Shown: piece after piece, positions 1 to 11,612 of the stretch
Position numbering within the stretch: position 1 is the first letter of the stretch
How the letters are laid out: the number at the start of each line of letters is the position of its first letter
Assembly (NCBI GenBank): GCA_030704615.1
Contig: CM060734.1
Coordinates: 60,636,001-60,700,000, forward strand
Reading direction: 5' to 3'
Source of the DNA: Takakia lepidozioides
Lineage: Eukaryota; Plantae; Bryophyta
DNA length: 64,000 nucleotides
The notes under the pieces: model-generated
What the model saw: the letters and a program-made list of their open reading frames with translations, nothing else
Told to the model about the DNA's origin: nothing
Databases searched by the model: none
Translations under genes and position numbers: made by a program

Positions 1-1850
1 AGACCACCCTTGAGAATAGAAGCACGAGAGCCAACAAAGAAAGAGAGTACCAAGGTTCGCCAACGTCGTCTCAGGAAGAAGGTATAACCAACGGAGACAC
101 ACAAATATGTGCCAAAATATGCACTGTGAGAACGGATTTACTCATAAGACAAGGTTGCCTTCCCCACTGAGAATTGCAGATTGCCTTGCATATAACTGTA
201 ATTGCACTTTCAACTAAAAAATAGCAGAATGTAGACCTTGCAGTGAGCAAGAATGTGCTCATAGGACATTGTTTGCCATAGCTTATTTACAGCTAGCATG
301 CAGTCTCTGTGTAACTTTTGGGGTTCTTTGATACTTTCTCATTTTCCTTCTACTGTGTCCATAGACCCTCTGGGCCTCCAATGGGCCTAAAAGCCAGTTT
401 CTACCTTCCAGCCCTATTCTGCACTTCTTTCATTATAAAAGATGCAAGGTTGCCGTGCTGATGTCGATGGGATGGGTGGTTATTTTTTGGAAAGCTGAAT
501 GGGACCAGTTGGAGGCCACGTCTGGTAGTGTTTCGCTCAAACCAACATTTGTATGCGCAAGTCATTGATGACACCAAGCACCGCACTTTGGCTCATGTTT
601 CCACTCTCTCTAAAACTATTCGGGAAGAGTTGGAGTTCTCTGCTGACACCACGGTCAATGTAAGTTCTACCCTTTCCTGTGGCACTTTTCAAGCACCCAA
701 CACAGCACTGTCGGTAGGACCATAAGCAAATACTTACATGGCACACTTGGGCTTTTCGTAGACAGGCAGAGACAGATTCTACGATCTTGATCGGCACAGC
801 TGTGGAGTCCAGATAGGGCAGATGTATTGCCATAGGCTTGTGATATGGACTAAAAGTGTCACTAACACTTGAAAGCCAGGCCCCTGTAGCAAATGAAAGA
901 ATTGGAACCATGGAACTAGAGGAGGTGGAGACTCTGTAGGCACAGAGCTCAATGGAGTTGCCTTCGGAGAGCTCCCTTTGATATTGTCTATCCCGGCAGG
1001 ATCTTAACCCACTTGTGGAGTCTCTTCATTCAGATGGACTCATTGACCACTGACCCCTATGATAGCCGCTGGATAATCACCCTCCAGCGTCGGTTGTGGG
1101 GTGTGATCCCAGCAGACGTGCAAGATTAAAATTTTGCTGCAGTACAGCCGACGACAATGCCATTATAAGGAATGTTTGGTGTGCGGGCCAGCGTAGAGAT
1201 ACTTCAATGCATTTCTGCTCTGGCCTCAAATTTCACCACCTATGTGAGTTTGCCTGTCGATCCATGGTCCTGCCCCTTCTCCCCCCCAGAAAAGAAGAGA
1301 ACAAAAAATAGGAACTAAAGAACAAAAGTGTGAAAAAGAAGTATGAGAACAGAGGGGGGAGAGAGGGAAGGGAAAACAAAGGAAGCGATGAAGGAAATTT
1401 ATTCCATCCACTGGAGGCCAAGAAGGCCCATGGACACTGTTGAACTACTTGAGAGCACTGTACTCATCAGACGCGTTTGCCGTGGCCTTGTGGCCCATAG
1501 ATCCTGTGCCCAGTTTGGGCAGATTAAGAGGGAACAGATGTGAGGGGCTCACTGCAGTAGTGGGACTTATCTTGGTTAAACAATACTTGAAAGAGAGGGA
1601 GAGAGTAGCTGTGTTACTTTCCTCCATTATGAACAAAGGGAAGCAAGTCATAGAGGTTGATGTCTGACAGGAGTTGAATGGTTCACAGGATGTTGCAAAG
1701 AAAGCAGGAGAGACAATTGCCAAAGACTGCCTTGAAAAGGGTATTAGCAAGGTCTCCTTGGATAGGAGTGGCTTGTTTTGCCGGGGTCGAGTCAAGGCCT
1801 TCATGGATGGCATACGGCAAGTTGGCCTGGATTTCCAGACTTGCGATTGA
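1..1850 (+). CDS. RPL18: Organellar ribosomal protein uL18 (L18p/L5e) family, 5'-partial; exons <1-81, 495-659, 1689-1850
   Basis: Spliced translation ...[10 protein letters not shown]|[37 protein letters not shown]...|[28 protein letters not shown]...GRVKAF. This has the uL18 RPRLxVxRSNxHxYAQ motif, and the GT/AG sites keep the frame. Confidence 0.9.
1451..1583 (-). mobile_element. 3' fragment of a LINE-like dispersed repeat (copy A) in RPL18 intron 2
   Basis: Aligns by eye with 7633-7760 and 18852-18995 (gccgt[g/a]gccttgtggcc...cccagtttgggcaga...gtgaggggctcact...gacttatcttggt). Confidence 0.65.
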
Positions 1851-3524
1851 TTTGCAAAGTTCTCAATGTGTCATGGGCATAGCAATAAAATCTGTGAGGT
1901 TCTGAATTGAGCAAAATCCCTGGTTACCAGCAAGGGTTTGTGTTGCATGACGGTGAGTGGTTTGTGATTTGGTCACAGCACCGACAAGAGGAAGATGCAG
2001 ATTTGACCACATTGTCACAGCTTGTAAGCATAGAGTCCTTGCACCAGCTTGGAGAGAGCTCTGAGAAGGAAGGAGCACATTGCTGGCAATAGCCGAAGTG
2101 TGTGACCTTCTGTAGGCATGATTTATGGCCTTGTGATCATTGTACCTGTCTCTCAAGTAGCCCAGCAGGCTTTGACTTGGTGACACAGTATGAGTAATCA
2201 GCGGTATGAAGCTTGAAGGGGTGGACTGTCTTGTTGCGAGAGATGATATACATTTACTGTCACCCCTACATCATGCCTATTCGCTGTTGAAAAAGTCTTC
2301 AATGTTCTAGTGGGTTTGCTTGTTATGAATAGTGGAAGGCCTCTGAGGGGAGGGTACCGGCCTCGGCCAGTGCCCTCACATCCAGGAACACCCTCCCCTT
2401 GAGGCCTTCCCCTGCATAAAGCACGCCAAAAGATTTCTTTCCGATTTCCGATTATCTTTCTGATTTACCAACTGTCTCATTAGAGCCGGCCAAATTTCCT
2501 TGAAACTTTTGAAAGAAATACTGAATGGATATGGTGCTACAAAAGAACATACAGGGCTGGAAAGAGAAAGAAATAATGTCCCAGTGCATTCCACTCAATG
2601 GAATGTGCACATTTTAGTAGGTGCGCATTCCACCAGTGTGTAATGCCCTCCTCACCAATGGGGCGATTCTGCTCTGAGAGGAGCAGATATTAATGAAGAG
2701 AAATCTTTTGATGTCACTAGATGATGAACTACAAAGATTCTGATTTTCTAGGTAACATTAATAACTTGTGCTTCATTCAACTCCTTTTATGTTGAAAGTG
2801 ATGTAAGCAATGTCCTGTGGTAGCATCAGCAGTTCATATGTAGAACACTGCTTCAAGGAAATCCACAAGCACCAGTGTGTGGACACCATGGACTTTTAAG
2901 ATACAGAACTGAGCTATAAACATCCAGCAGGGTCATCTACTAGTTTATCAGAACGCCTTGATTACAGAAGCATGTAGGGCATAACATTGCAGAGGTCGAC
3001 ACTGTTTTCCATTCTGTGCTCCAGTGTGCAGGCTCTAATAGGTTCTCAGAACAATAACTGAGAGATAAAACTTACATCACTAGAGTTACACATGAAAGCA
3101 ACTAGATGCACACACACAAATCAGCGAATAAAGTGCTGATCATTCCTTTAATCAATGGAGACTGCAGCCTTCACTCACAAATCATTTAAAGACCAGAATA
3201 TACATGTACAGAGGAAAATGATTAAAAATCCAGTAGGTCCTTCAAGTGGTGAGAATGGAGATAACACAACGCCTTCAGTTCCAGGCTCCACAAGGAGGGA
3301 CCTCAATCCTATTGGTAAGACCATTTTTTCAAATATTCCCATCTATGCCCCTAGACGTTTGATGTTCAGTAATTCCGACACAGAAGCAGAACGACTGACT
3401 TATCACAACAGGGTAAACAGTTTCAGGCCAATATGCTAGAACCTTCTCCTTGCAGAACCCTCATCTCTAATTTAGATTAAAGAAGATGGAAGAGAGCAGT
3501 TCTTCCCTAATCCAGTTACTGTGG

Positions 3525-4083
3525 TCAATTTTCAGAAGCACTCTCCAGCTCCTTACGCAGCTGGATGGAGAAATCATCGGTGACATCATCATCATCCCAT
3601 TCGTCTTCCCACTGCTGCACCAATTCCTTCCCTTCTTCCTTATCATCCCAATCTGCCCGACCCCATTACCAGTTAGGACTGGAACCTGGCTCCTCACTTT
3701 CCAATTGCAAATGAAAAAGAGTCAATTATTCCCCAAACCTAAGATACTGAGATTTGAAGCTACCAGCATACAAAAATCAGTCTAACATTGGCCGGTAAAG
3801 ACCCACGACACAGAGTAGAGGCGCAATACTAAACAGGCCGAACAAAGAGAGAAGTTTCTATGCTGATCTTCAGCTGCCAACATCATCTAAGAAAAACACT
3901 GGATTCTGGTCTGAATAAGTTGCATGGCGATGCACGAATGACAAACCCCGCTGTTACTACAAATTATACCTCCAGTAGCAACCCGCTACATATGGAGACG
4001 TTCCCTGGAATCCCATATCACCAAAATTTTCACAACTCCAACAGTAAGCCTGCCAAACAATCGCCGATCCGCACCAAGCCACA

Positions 4084-4124
<41 letters not shown>

Positions 4125-4228
4125 ATACCTTCGTTTTCGAACTCCTCGAACTCATCATCGTCTTCAAACACGTCAAGCTTCGGATCCTCCACAGCCTCCT
4201 TGGGAACCGTCTCTGCAGCGTCCGCCAT
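3525..4228 (-). CDS. DSS1: 26S proteasome complex subunit SEM1/DSS1, 75 aa; exons 4228-4129, 3652-3525
   Basis: MADAAETVPKEAVEDPKLDVFEDDDEFEEFENE|DWDDKEEGKELVQQWEDEWDDDDVTDDFSIQLRKELESASEN*. The DSS1 motifs EDDDEFEEF and WEDxWDDD...DDFSxQLR are present; phase-1 GT-AG intron. Confidence 0.97.
4086..4120. repeat. (GA)n microsatellite in the DSS1 intron
   Basis: Direct observation. Confidence 0.95.
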
Positions 4229-4334
4229 GCCTTCTCACTCGCTGCTGCAAACACAAGCTTGCCAGCACTCGCATGCCCTGCCTTCCCACACCTCTCTCTG
4301 TCTCTCTCTCTTGAAACTCGTGAAAATCGTGACA

Positions 4335-4348
4335 TTAGGGTTAGGGTT
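4335..4348. promoter_or_regulatory. Telo-box-like TTAGGGTTAGGGTT in the DSS1/EFHC divergent promoter
   Basis: Motif lies about 110 nt upstream of the DSS1 ATG; telo-boxes are typical of plant housekeeping promoters. Confidence 0.45.
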
Positions 4349-4772
4349 CTCAGGCCCTTGTCCGTGCTCTCTTCCTCTTTTCTTTCTCTCTGACCTCGTC
4401 AGCAGCCCGAGCTTCCAACTACTGTCGTCATCCCACTAATGGTCTTCATCCAGACGCTACATTCATCGGAAAGGAAGATAATGTTTCAGCCAATTACATG
4501 ACTTTAATCCGCCGATAAGCGTGGCTTGTTGACGTGTCGATTCTCTGCTCGTATGCGCCCTTAAAGAGAGTGTTTCGTGTACGTGTCGGAAGCAGGTTGG
4601 TAAGCACCCCTAGGGTAGACTTGTTCACTTTTCTGTCTCGCCTGCTGAGTTCTGTGAGCAAGAATCGCTTCAGTCGAGGTCGGATTGTGGAGGGAAGGAT
4701 TGTGAAAGTCATGAATCTACCAGCATCCACCTTCTCGCATTCACCAGTTCAGTACTCACGCATTCCACCTGA

Positions 4773-5135
4773 ATTCAGAATCTAAAAGCACCTGTAGAAT
4801 TTGAATGTGCGATTGCCGTATCCTTCATGTGCAACAATGTTGACTCAGAGTTTTTATTCCGATGCGGAGCGGGTGAAGATGTGTGCGTGTGAGAGGGAGA
4901 GCTCAGTTCTGTAGCACTGCAAGAGTTTTAATTAGCGTCTGGCCTATGGTAAATACTTTAGATCGAATTAGTACCTGATTGATCGAGCTTGGTGCATTCA
5001 GAATCTAAAAGCACCTTTACAATGCGATTGCCGTATTCTTCATGTGCTGTAATGGTGACTCAGAGTTTATCTTCCGATGCGGAGCGAAGGGAAGATGTGT
5101 GCGTGTGAGAGGGAGAGCTCAGTTCTGTAGCACTG
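4773..5135. repeat. Imperfect direct duplication of about 140-150 bp (4773-4919 and 4997-5135)
   Basis: Both copies run attcagaatctaaaagcacct...gatgcggagcg...gaagatgtgtgcgtgtgagagggagagctcagttctgtagcactg. Confidence 0.9.
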
Positions 5136-5187
5136 TTTTATAAGATTTCATGGCTACCTAGCTCTGATGTAGAGTTGTTTGCGGCAG

Positions 5188-8100
5188 GAGCAACCACGGC
5201 AGCCTGAGGAAGCACATGGGAGGAAGGAGCTTCCAATCAATGAGACGGAAGAAAATTATGACAACGCTGGCGCCTGCCATGAATGTACAAGCCAATCCAG
5301 TGGTCCCCAGCCCGATTGGTTGAAATACGATCGGCAGGTGAACTCTGATTCCTGACATCTGTGTGGCTGTGTGTACGTGTGACGGAAATGTTCCCTTCAT
5401 GATTTTCACTGAGTGGGGGCAATAGCTGGAGACTTTTTGGTGAGAAAGATTGAAAACTTGGAGCGGCATAGAAGCTTAGAGAGCTTATGTTAAGAGTCTA
5501 GGGTGGCATTGTCTGATAAGAGAACACCCCGGAGTACTTGAATCATAGTCTAGTCAAAATCAGTTTGAGAGCCTGGTGTATGCAACTTGCTCTTGATGAA
5601 ATACAAGTTAACGTTGCCATGTTGTGGCGTAACAGGTGTTGCGATTTTTTGGCTACTTTAAAGAACAAGTCGATGAGCGGGTGGAGGAGAACTATCGCAT
5701 TCGAAAATGCGCTATTTACTACTACCTTGCGGATGGCATGATACATATTGGGGTATTCCCCTGTTACTACGCCTTGAGTTGGAGACACAAAGAAACAAAG
5801 ATGAGGGAGGGGTATTAACAAGAGACACTGCAATGAGTGAGCCTTCAAAATCGACTTAGGGGTTTCCGAGTGAATGAGAAGGGACTGAACCATGGTTGGC
5901 TGGATTAATATCAGCAGCTATCTCTGATCAGTAGCTAGCAGGGCTTCAAATGCAAAGGGGCATCTTCTTGTCACAAGAATTCTGTGGTCCACTGTATGTA
6001 GAAGTTGATTAATTTTGCAGAAGATGACTTTCCATGAAGCTTCGCAGTCTTGTGCAATGTAATGCCCAAGTAAAGTCTTTGAAAGACTAGGTTGTGGGTG
6101 GATGATAGGAAACAAGGGAGACAAACAGCGGCATGATTCAGGTACTATAGCAACCCCTTAAAGGGCACTTGGTCAACACATTATTCCTGAGCTAGTTCTG
6201 GGCTTCTCACCAATCTGGGTTAAGTTTCAAGCAATTTGAGCTTTTTGTGAAGCTATAGGTGTAGACATGTTGGTGCTTGGTGACAACAAAGTTGTAGCAT
6301 TCATTGAGCCCAGGAGATTGAATCATGTTCAACCTGGGTGAGGTCTAATTATTGGTTACATATCACCTAGAAAGGTCCAGTGTATTCACAATGATGCTCC
6401 TTCAATGGAACAAAAGCTCTCGTTGGGTTTCTTCAAAGAGGTGAGTTTTTAAGTGCCACTCCACAGAGCTTGGCGCGCTGTCAATTTCCAGGCGAGCCAC
6501 TCTTTGCTGCAGGCTTTTGAATTTGCTATTGCAGATTGCAAAGTAAGTCTATACTAAGTTAAACCTGAAGGTGAAGTTTCAAGCGATGAAAAGTAGGAGC
6601 TCAGTAAATGCTTACATCCCTCTTTCTCTCCAGACCTCTCTGCACTGCATTCATGGACAAGGCCTCCACCATGAATGCTCGGATGTGGTACACCCTAGTT
6701 AGGAAATTTTGAGAGACCTAAACATTTTGTACAATGATGGCATGTTTTTTGAGCTGCCTGAGCTAGGAGTTTCCATGTCACCTGTATTGAGCATTGTGCA
6801 GGGAGAGAGTGAATTGTTCTCTGGAAACAGCAGTCATGATCTGGACTTGCGCCTGGAACTGGATATTAAACATTGATCTGCTTGTCATGTCACTTGGAAA
6901 ACTGCAGCAAGTAATTGGCAAGTTATGCCATTGATAAATTTGGTTTCAGTCAATTTGAACCTGGTTCGTGGTTACAAGGCTATGGCATTGGTTGTAATGG
7001 TTGGGCATCAAAAATTAGAAGCACAAAACTCTCTCTCACAGATGCTCAAGTGTTGACTTGTATCATAATATGCCTGTGCAGACAAACATAGGGAGATTCT
7101 GCAAGCACAATGTGCTTGTACTTGGACTGGGAATTACTGCAATTCACAATTCTGTTTCTGCTCAAAGATAACAGCCCCCTGACTGCAACTTGTACTTTCA
7201 ATCGCCAATTTTCTTGGTGTGCTATGGGGTTTTTTTCTCTTGGAAAGCCGGAACAAACCTCTCTGGGTCTCCTCTCTTTCTCTCTTCTCACAGACACACA
7301 TGAATATCATGAAATTTGTGTGGAAATGTGTGGGAGATCTGAGTGCCTTTCTACAGGTTTAATGCATTTTGAGGGGCGAGTAGGTGCTTAACTACTTCTT
7401 GGGAGATGATACGGTTGAAATCCTGGAGATAACCGGACACAGCAATGGCCACATGCCTTTTCCCAAGCTGCTTCGCCGCCAAAAATTGCCTAAACAAACC
7501 CCAAGTGACCTCCTGGGTGGGTTGACTCTTCAAACCCCTAGTGGGTTGAGACAGTCGATATGATCTAGCAACCATGTTGATGGACATGCCAGTTCTTTCA
7601 TGTTGCCCTGAGGTAGGGAGGAACATTGCACAGAGAGAATGTAGTCTTAAGACGCTGTTTTCCGTAGCCTTGTGGCCATAGAGGCAGAACAAGAGGGAAC
7701 AGACGCTTGTGAGGGGCTCACTCCACTAGTGGGACTTACCTTGGTATAAACAGTTGGTTCGGGCTTTCCAGATTTCCTCTAGGAAGCCCTTCACACAAGT
7801 ATCAATCTGGTGTGTGTGAGCTGCCCAGCAATTGGACCCCAACAGGGTCAGGGCTTTAGGCTCAGCCACGTGATTTTGGAAGTTGGTGAACAGAGGTGCA
7901 GGGACTATGTTCTTGATGGTCCTGAAGAAGGTTGCTCTCTGATGAGAATACCCTGGACTTAGTATCCCAGTGAGAGAATATACTCGTAAGACATTGTTTG
8001 CGGTAGCCTTGTGGCCATAGACCCCACACCCAGTTTGGGCAGAACAAGATCCCAGTAAGAGCGGGAGAGAGAGACAGAAAATGTCCAAGGGGAGGGCCCC

Positions 8101-11100
8101 AGGGACGATAGGGAAGTGGACTGGGGGGAAGCTAGTAGAGATTAAGATTGGGATAAGACTGATAACCTCCTAAGCAATCAGAACATTAGTTGGAGATGGA
8201 AAGAATCCTTATATCATTTTCAACAGAACAAAACAGATCAAAAGACATGACAGTTCCAGAAATTAGGAACTAAAAGACATGACCTGCCATGAAAGGCAGA
8301 GTAAATGTAGGATGTAATTAAAATGGACAAGGTTGTCTCATTACATTCGGAAGCTGATTTGTTGGGTTGGCAGGGTCGAAGAACATGGCAACAGCCAAGC
8401 CTAAAGATGCATACTATTGCGACAAAGACTTTCAAGTTGGGAGCTACATTAAGGTTTTCAACCGAGATATGCTTATACATGATACTGATGAATTTACAAG
8501 GAACTATTACCGGACCAAATATGGTGTGAGTGATGACATGCTTGAGGCTGTGAATGTCCAGGTAACTAATGAGCTGGCTCTTTTATGTGTTTTTCTGGAA
8601 AGCTACTATCTTGGATAACCTTTATGCTCATATTTGTAACCAATAAATACTATGGCAATGCAGATTGTGAAGAGAGCAATGCGAGGCCTCGATTATTCTG
8701 CCCATCTCTTTTGCATTAGGCACACTCTGGGAGACAGAAGATTGTACAAACCTCAATCAGATGTGTACCATACTTTGAAAGACATCCACTGTAGACCAAT
8801 GCAATTCAAAGGCTTGATGATGGTTATGGATGTAATGAGCAGGAGGAGGGCCCTGTGCTGGCAAGGATGCCAGTGCCACCACATAATGGATACGGCTCTG
8901 AAGCCGACAGCTACATGAACTGCATTTCTCTCATCCCGAAAGCAGCCCCCAAGGACCACTACAAGTTCATCTACAAGGATGGCAAGGTTAGAGCACCTGC
9001 CTACTTAATCCTGATTGCCACCTGAAACCTGGCAATCCATAAAAGTTGGCCCTACTCACCAGATGAGAAAGAATCAGACCTCATTTCTATTGAATGCCAA
9101 AAAATATGCTTACCAGAATTTTTTGTGATTGATGCACTGCTACTCCAACTAGCAGTCAGATTTTTGACATACTAGTTGGGCTCCCATGAGGCAGCCTGCT
9201 TGTGCATGGGGATGGGAGGTGAGGCAAACAAGACTAGGGATGAAGCTAATACATCTCACCTTGCATGAACTTAGCTTCAACATACAATGCAGGTTTTGTC
9301 TTCCTCATGTAAGTTGGTTGAGGATGCCACACACAAGGTGTCTGATTTTGATAAAACACGGGCGATGGTCTTCCAAGTAAGTATAAGTTCAACTCTTCCC
9401 CTGTATTAAACCCTACTTTTGCAACAATGCCATTTCTCTCCTGTTTCTAGATTGTAATGTGAACACTATGGAATTTTTTAGACAATCATGTCTTGGAGAG
9501 GTCTAGGAAATCCCTCATAAAACTCAAGGCCTCTTTCAGGTAAGAGGAATCTATATGTGGGACAGAGAGAGAGTGTGTGTTTGTAGTGAAGTCATGGATG
9601 GTTCCCTGCAATTTGGGTACAACATGGTGGGCTTTCTTGTTGGAGATGAGCAAGAGGGACAGGGGGTCGAAAGAAGAGGTCCTCTTTTGAGCTGTGTTAA
9701 CGTTCTACGTGTACTTGGTGCCTGTGGACAGTATTTTCTTGGAGATGACACAGTCTCAGTGTTTGAGCCTCCAGCTCAAAACTCAGGATGTGCCTCTGGA
9801 CGCTACCTCCAACGAGTTAAAGTCCCCCGGAAGCCCGGCACCAAACGACCTTATAGTCCCAGTGACTGTTACATGGGTGCCCGCCTTGAACTCCACCAGC
9901 GTCTGATACAGGCTGATGAATGGACACTTAAATACATGGAAGCGGACCCCAATCAATTCCCCATGTCTTGCTACCACTCTGTGTCAAAGAAGGTAAGCAA
10001 TGACTTACCACATATGTTATTCTTGTCGTGGGAGAAAAGCCACTTGAAATGTGCTGGTCTTAAAGCTTTACTTTTGAGTCCCAGCGGCTGCATTGAGTAT
10101 CTCTTTCTACAAGTGTATTTGTTGCATCTACTTTAGTGCCAATCCAACCAATTATCATTTGGGGCTGCTTCCAAGCTACACAGAAGCTGAAAAATTGTAG
10201 TTGGTTTTTTTCCTCTGTTGGATGTGGTACCCTGAGCATATGGCTTGCCAAGGGGTACTCCCAGTACAGAAACCTTGTAATGACAATCCCTTGATTTAGC
10301 AGTCGAGCAACCTCATCTAGCACACTCAAACATTTTGCCACTCCATATGAATTTTTTTTCGCATGACTGATGGTTATGAATCTGAACGGTATCACATCCA
10401 TATCTTTCCTCTCACATAGAACACCGCTGAAATTGAAATTGTTTGACAAATCCTCTCTTTGCAGTTGAAGGAATTGATTGCCAAGCTGCCTGACGAAGCA
10501 AAGGGAGGCTTGGTGGATAGTACTTGTGATATGGGTGAACCGGTACAATCTCCCGTTACCTCTTTCAAGATTCTCTTCTCTTACATTGAGGAAGGCTAAC
10601 CTCAGAAAGGTCATCATCCCAACAAATGGCTGCTCACCATGTTCATGAATGATTCCAGGGACTACCCTGGAACGTCATCATCATCATCATCATGGATGAT
10701 GAATGATATAGATTTGAGGCCCCTTACCTGAAGGGTAGGGACATGCATTTGGCAGCACATGTATTGGTGGCTTCAAATAGGAGTGGCCACAAATTCATGC
10801 ACATGTATGGTTGCTTGTTGTACTGTTCATAGGATCCAAAAACTTGGTTATGACCTTCGTCCATTTTGTTTGAATAGTTTGATTAGACTTGTGATTAGTC
10901 TAGCCATTTTTAAAAGCCTACGTGGCACCACGGTCAGGCTAGGTATAGCCTGACTCTCTTGTTGGACAAGACAGAGAAACCAGTTAAAGACATACTGAAA
11001 CAGTGCTTTGTCTTGTTGTAGTCAAAGTCACTGACCACAAGCTGCACCAAGGAACCTGAATGCACCAAGAGTTTGGCCAGTTGGCAGAAGTCGCAGCTAG

Positions 11101-11612
11101 GCTCATTGTAAGTATCCCACTATCATACCTGTGTTATGAAGCAGTGCCATCTTGTAATTTCAATGGTATAGTGTATTGCCATTACATGAGGGGTTACAGC
11201 CTGTGGGGTTTCTGGCTTCAAGGGGATGCTAGTTCAATATATGACAGAATGCTGATGCCTAGATGTACATGTAGTATTGAACTTTTGGCAGAGTCTGTCC
11301 ACCTTGGAAATCCAAGACTTTTTGCTAACCACTCATCATTGTAGCAGATACACCAAAAAAAATTATCACCTGCAGTAATTCTAGTCTTGACTTGAAATCC
11401 TTTTGCTAGGTGCCATTATAAAAGGTCTCTCTAGATTATTTCTTGAGCAAATTTTATAACATCTTCAACTAAAACACTGGATCGTCGAAAACACCACTTA
11501 TGACTGTGGATTGGCAGACCAAAGCCACCACCATCCATACCAGAGCAACTCGAAGAACTGCTGGATAAAGCGGGGATCAATCTAATAAAGCAAGAAATTG
11601 TCACTCTTGATA
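5188..11612 (+). CDS. EFHC1/EFHC2/Rib72-like DM10-repeat axonemal protein, start unresolved and possibly degenerate; exons 5188-5337, 5636-~5750, 7384-7516, 8374-8561, 8843-8986, 9293-9376, 9732-9992, 10465-~10540, ~11520-11612
   Basis: DM10 signatures: PDWLKYDRQ|VLRFFGYFKE...RIRKCAIYYYLADG; YFLGDDTVEILE...PFPKLLRRQKLPK; DFQVGSYIKVFNRDMLIHDTDEFTRNYY; PPHNGYGSEADSYMNC; YFLGDDTVSVFEPPAQNSG...ADEWTLKYME. Splice phases are consistent from 7384 to 9992. Confidence 0.85.
7633..8050 (-). mobile_element. Two adjacent 3' fragments of the LINE-like repeat (copy B 7633-~7955, copy C ~7972-8050) in an EFHC intron
   Basis: Minus-strand peptide ...KALTLLGSNCWAAHTHQIDTCVKGFLEEIWKARTNCLYQGK and CGVYGHKATA resembles a LINE ORF2 C-terminus; homologous to 18852-19235. 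Confidence 0.65.
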
